DNA of 64,000 nt, taken from Phoronis australis. Lineage: Eukaryota; Animalia; Phoronida. The position numbers were made by a program, and so were the translations under genes. The stretch's first letter is position 1. Every line of letters begins with the position of its first letter. This document shows positions 63,201 through 64,000 of the stretch, in pieces. The stretch lies in assembly GCA_002633005.1 (NCBI GenBank), contig NMRA01000047.1, forward strand, positions 893,326-957,325, read 5' to 3'. The notes below the pieces were generated by a model that saw only the letters and a list, made by a program, of their open reading frames with translations, did no database searches and was not told where the DNA came from.

Positions 63201-64000
63201 AAAACAAAATGATACTTTGAAAACCTGTAACAGTCTTTTAGAGATTTCATCTTGAACATTTATATCAAATGGAATTTAATCATGTTACTGACGTCATTAT
63301 TTTGCTGTTTAGCTGAATTTTACTAAAAAGACATGGTCGCATGACTCAATCGATCGCAGATGGGGATATAGTCAAAAATCAAGCTCTCCAGATTTTGCAC
63401 TTTCACAAGATATATAGCTTTACAGAGTTACAGCTTATAGTTTTATAGATGTGTGCTTGAATGCACAGCCCTGTCGATAAGGTCCAACAAACCGTTAACG
63501 TTTTATATATTTTTTCAAAGGCCAGTGCTCTGGAAATAAAGGACATTTCATAGCAAAAATATAGAGCAAATAATGAAAATACAGGTAAGTTAAAAAATTG
63601 AAGGATTTTATCCAATGGCTAATATTTTAGTTGACAAAAAAGAAGACTGATTTGTAAATGTGGTTAACAAGATGAGCTACATAAGCAAGGACAAACTTGC
63701 ACAATGTAAAGCACAGTATAAATACTCCCATTGGCCACATACAACTTGGTAATGGACTGTTGCTCACAACCAATGGCAGTGCAGAGACAAGAGTTTTCAA
63801 GTAAAGTTGTATAGGACTTGTCAATTAAAATAGAGGATGTCTAAGTCTGCTCCTATTTTCAATCAATGGACTCCAGACTAGACATATTTGACTTTTGGAC
63901 TAGAGTCTATACAACTATGTGTGCGAAAAATTGAAGTGTGTATACAAGGGCTTTTAAGCTCTTAAAAGACATTTACTAAATCCTTAGGGGTTACATGAAA

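Overview
AT-rich eukaryotic (metazoan, probably invertebrate) genomic DNA with three assembly gaps (5478-6219, a single N at 18524, 36793-37724). One host gene is well supported: a 5-HT2-type serotonin receptor on the + strand, with coding exons 17053-17515, 19592-19732 and 28716-29929 (605 aa, two phase-1 GT-AG introns). The rest is intronic or intergenic and rich in repeats. (i) An LTR retrotransposon (2413-6693, ATCAT TSD, tRNA-Pro PBS) has integrase before RT (Gmr1-like order), is internally deleted, and is nested in a Helentron/DINE-like element carrying CTCF-like motifs. (ii) A 5'-truncated, inverted Penelope-like element (59295-60399, 15-bp TSD) has an intact GIY-YIG ORF end and a minimal variant hammerhead ribozyme. 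(iii) There are several MITE families (hAT-like, PIF/Harbinger-like, Tc1/mariner-like) and about a dozen minisatellites. A possible decayed ankyrin-repeat ORF lies at 8702-9076 (-). I found no convincing wholly new biological system. The best leads are unusual variants of known mobile-element classes and an unusual ligand-pocket residue in the receptor. All alignments and counts were done by eye.
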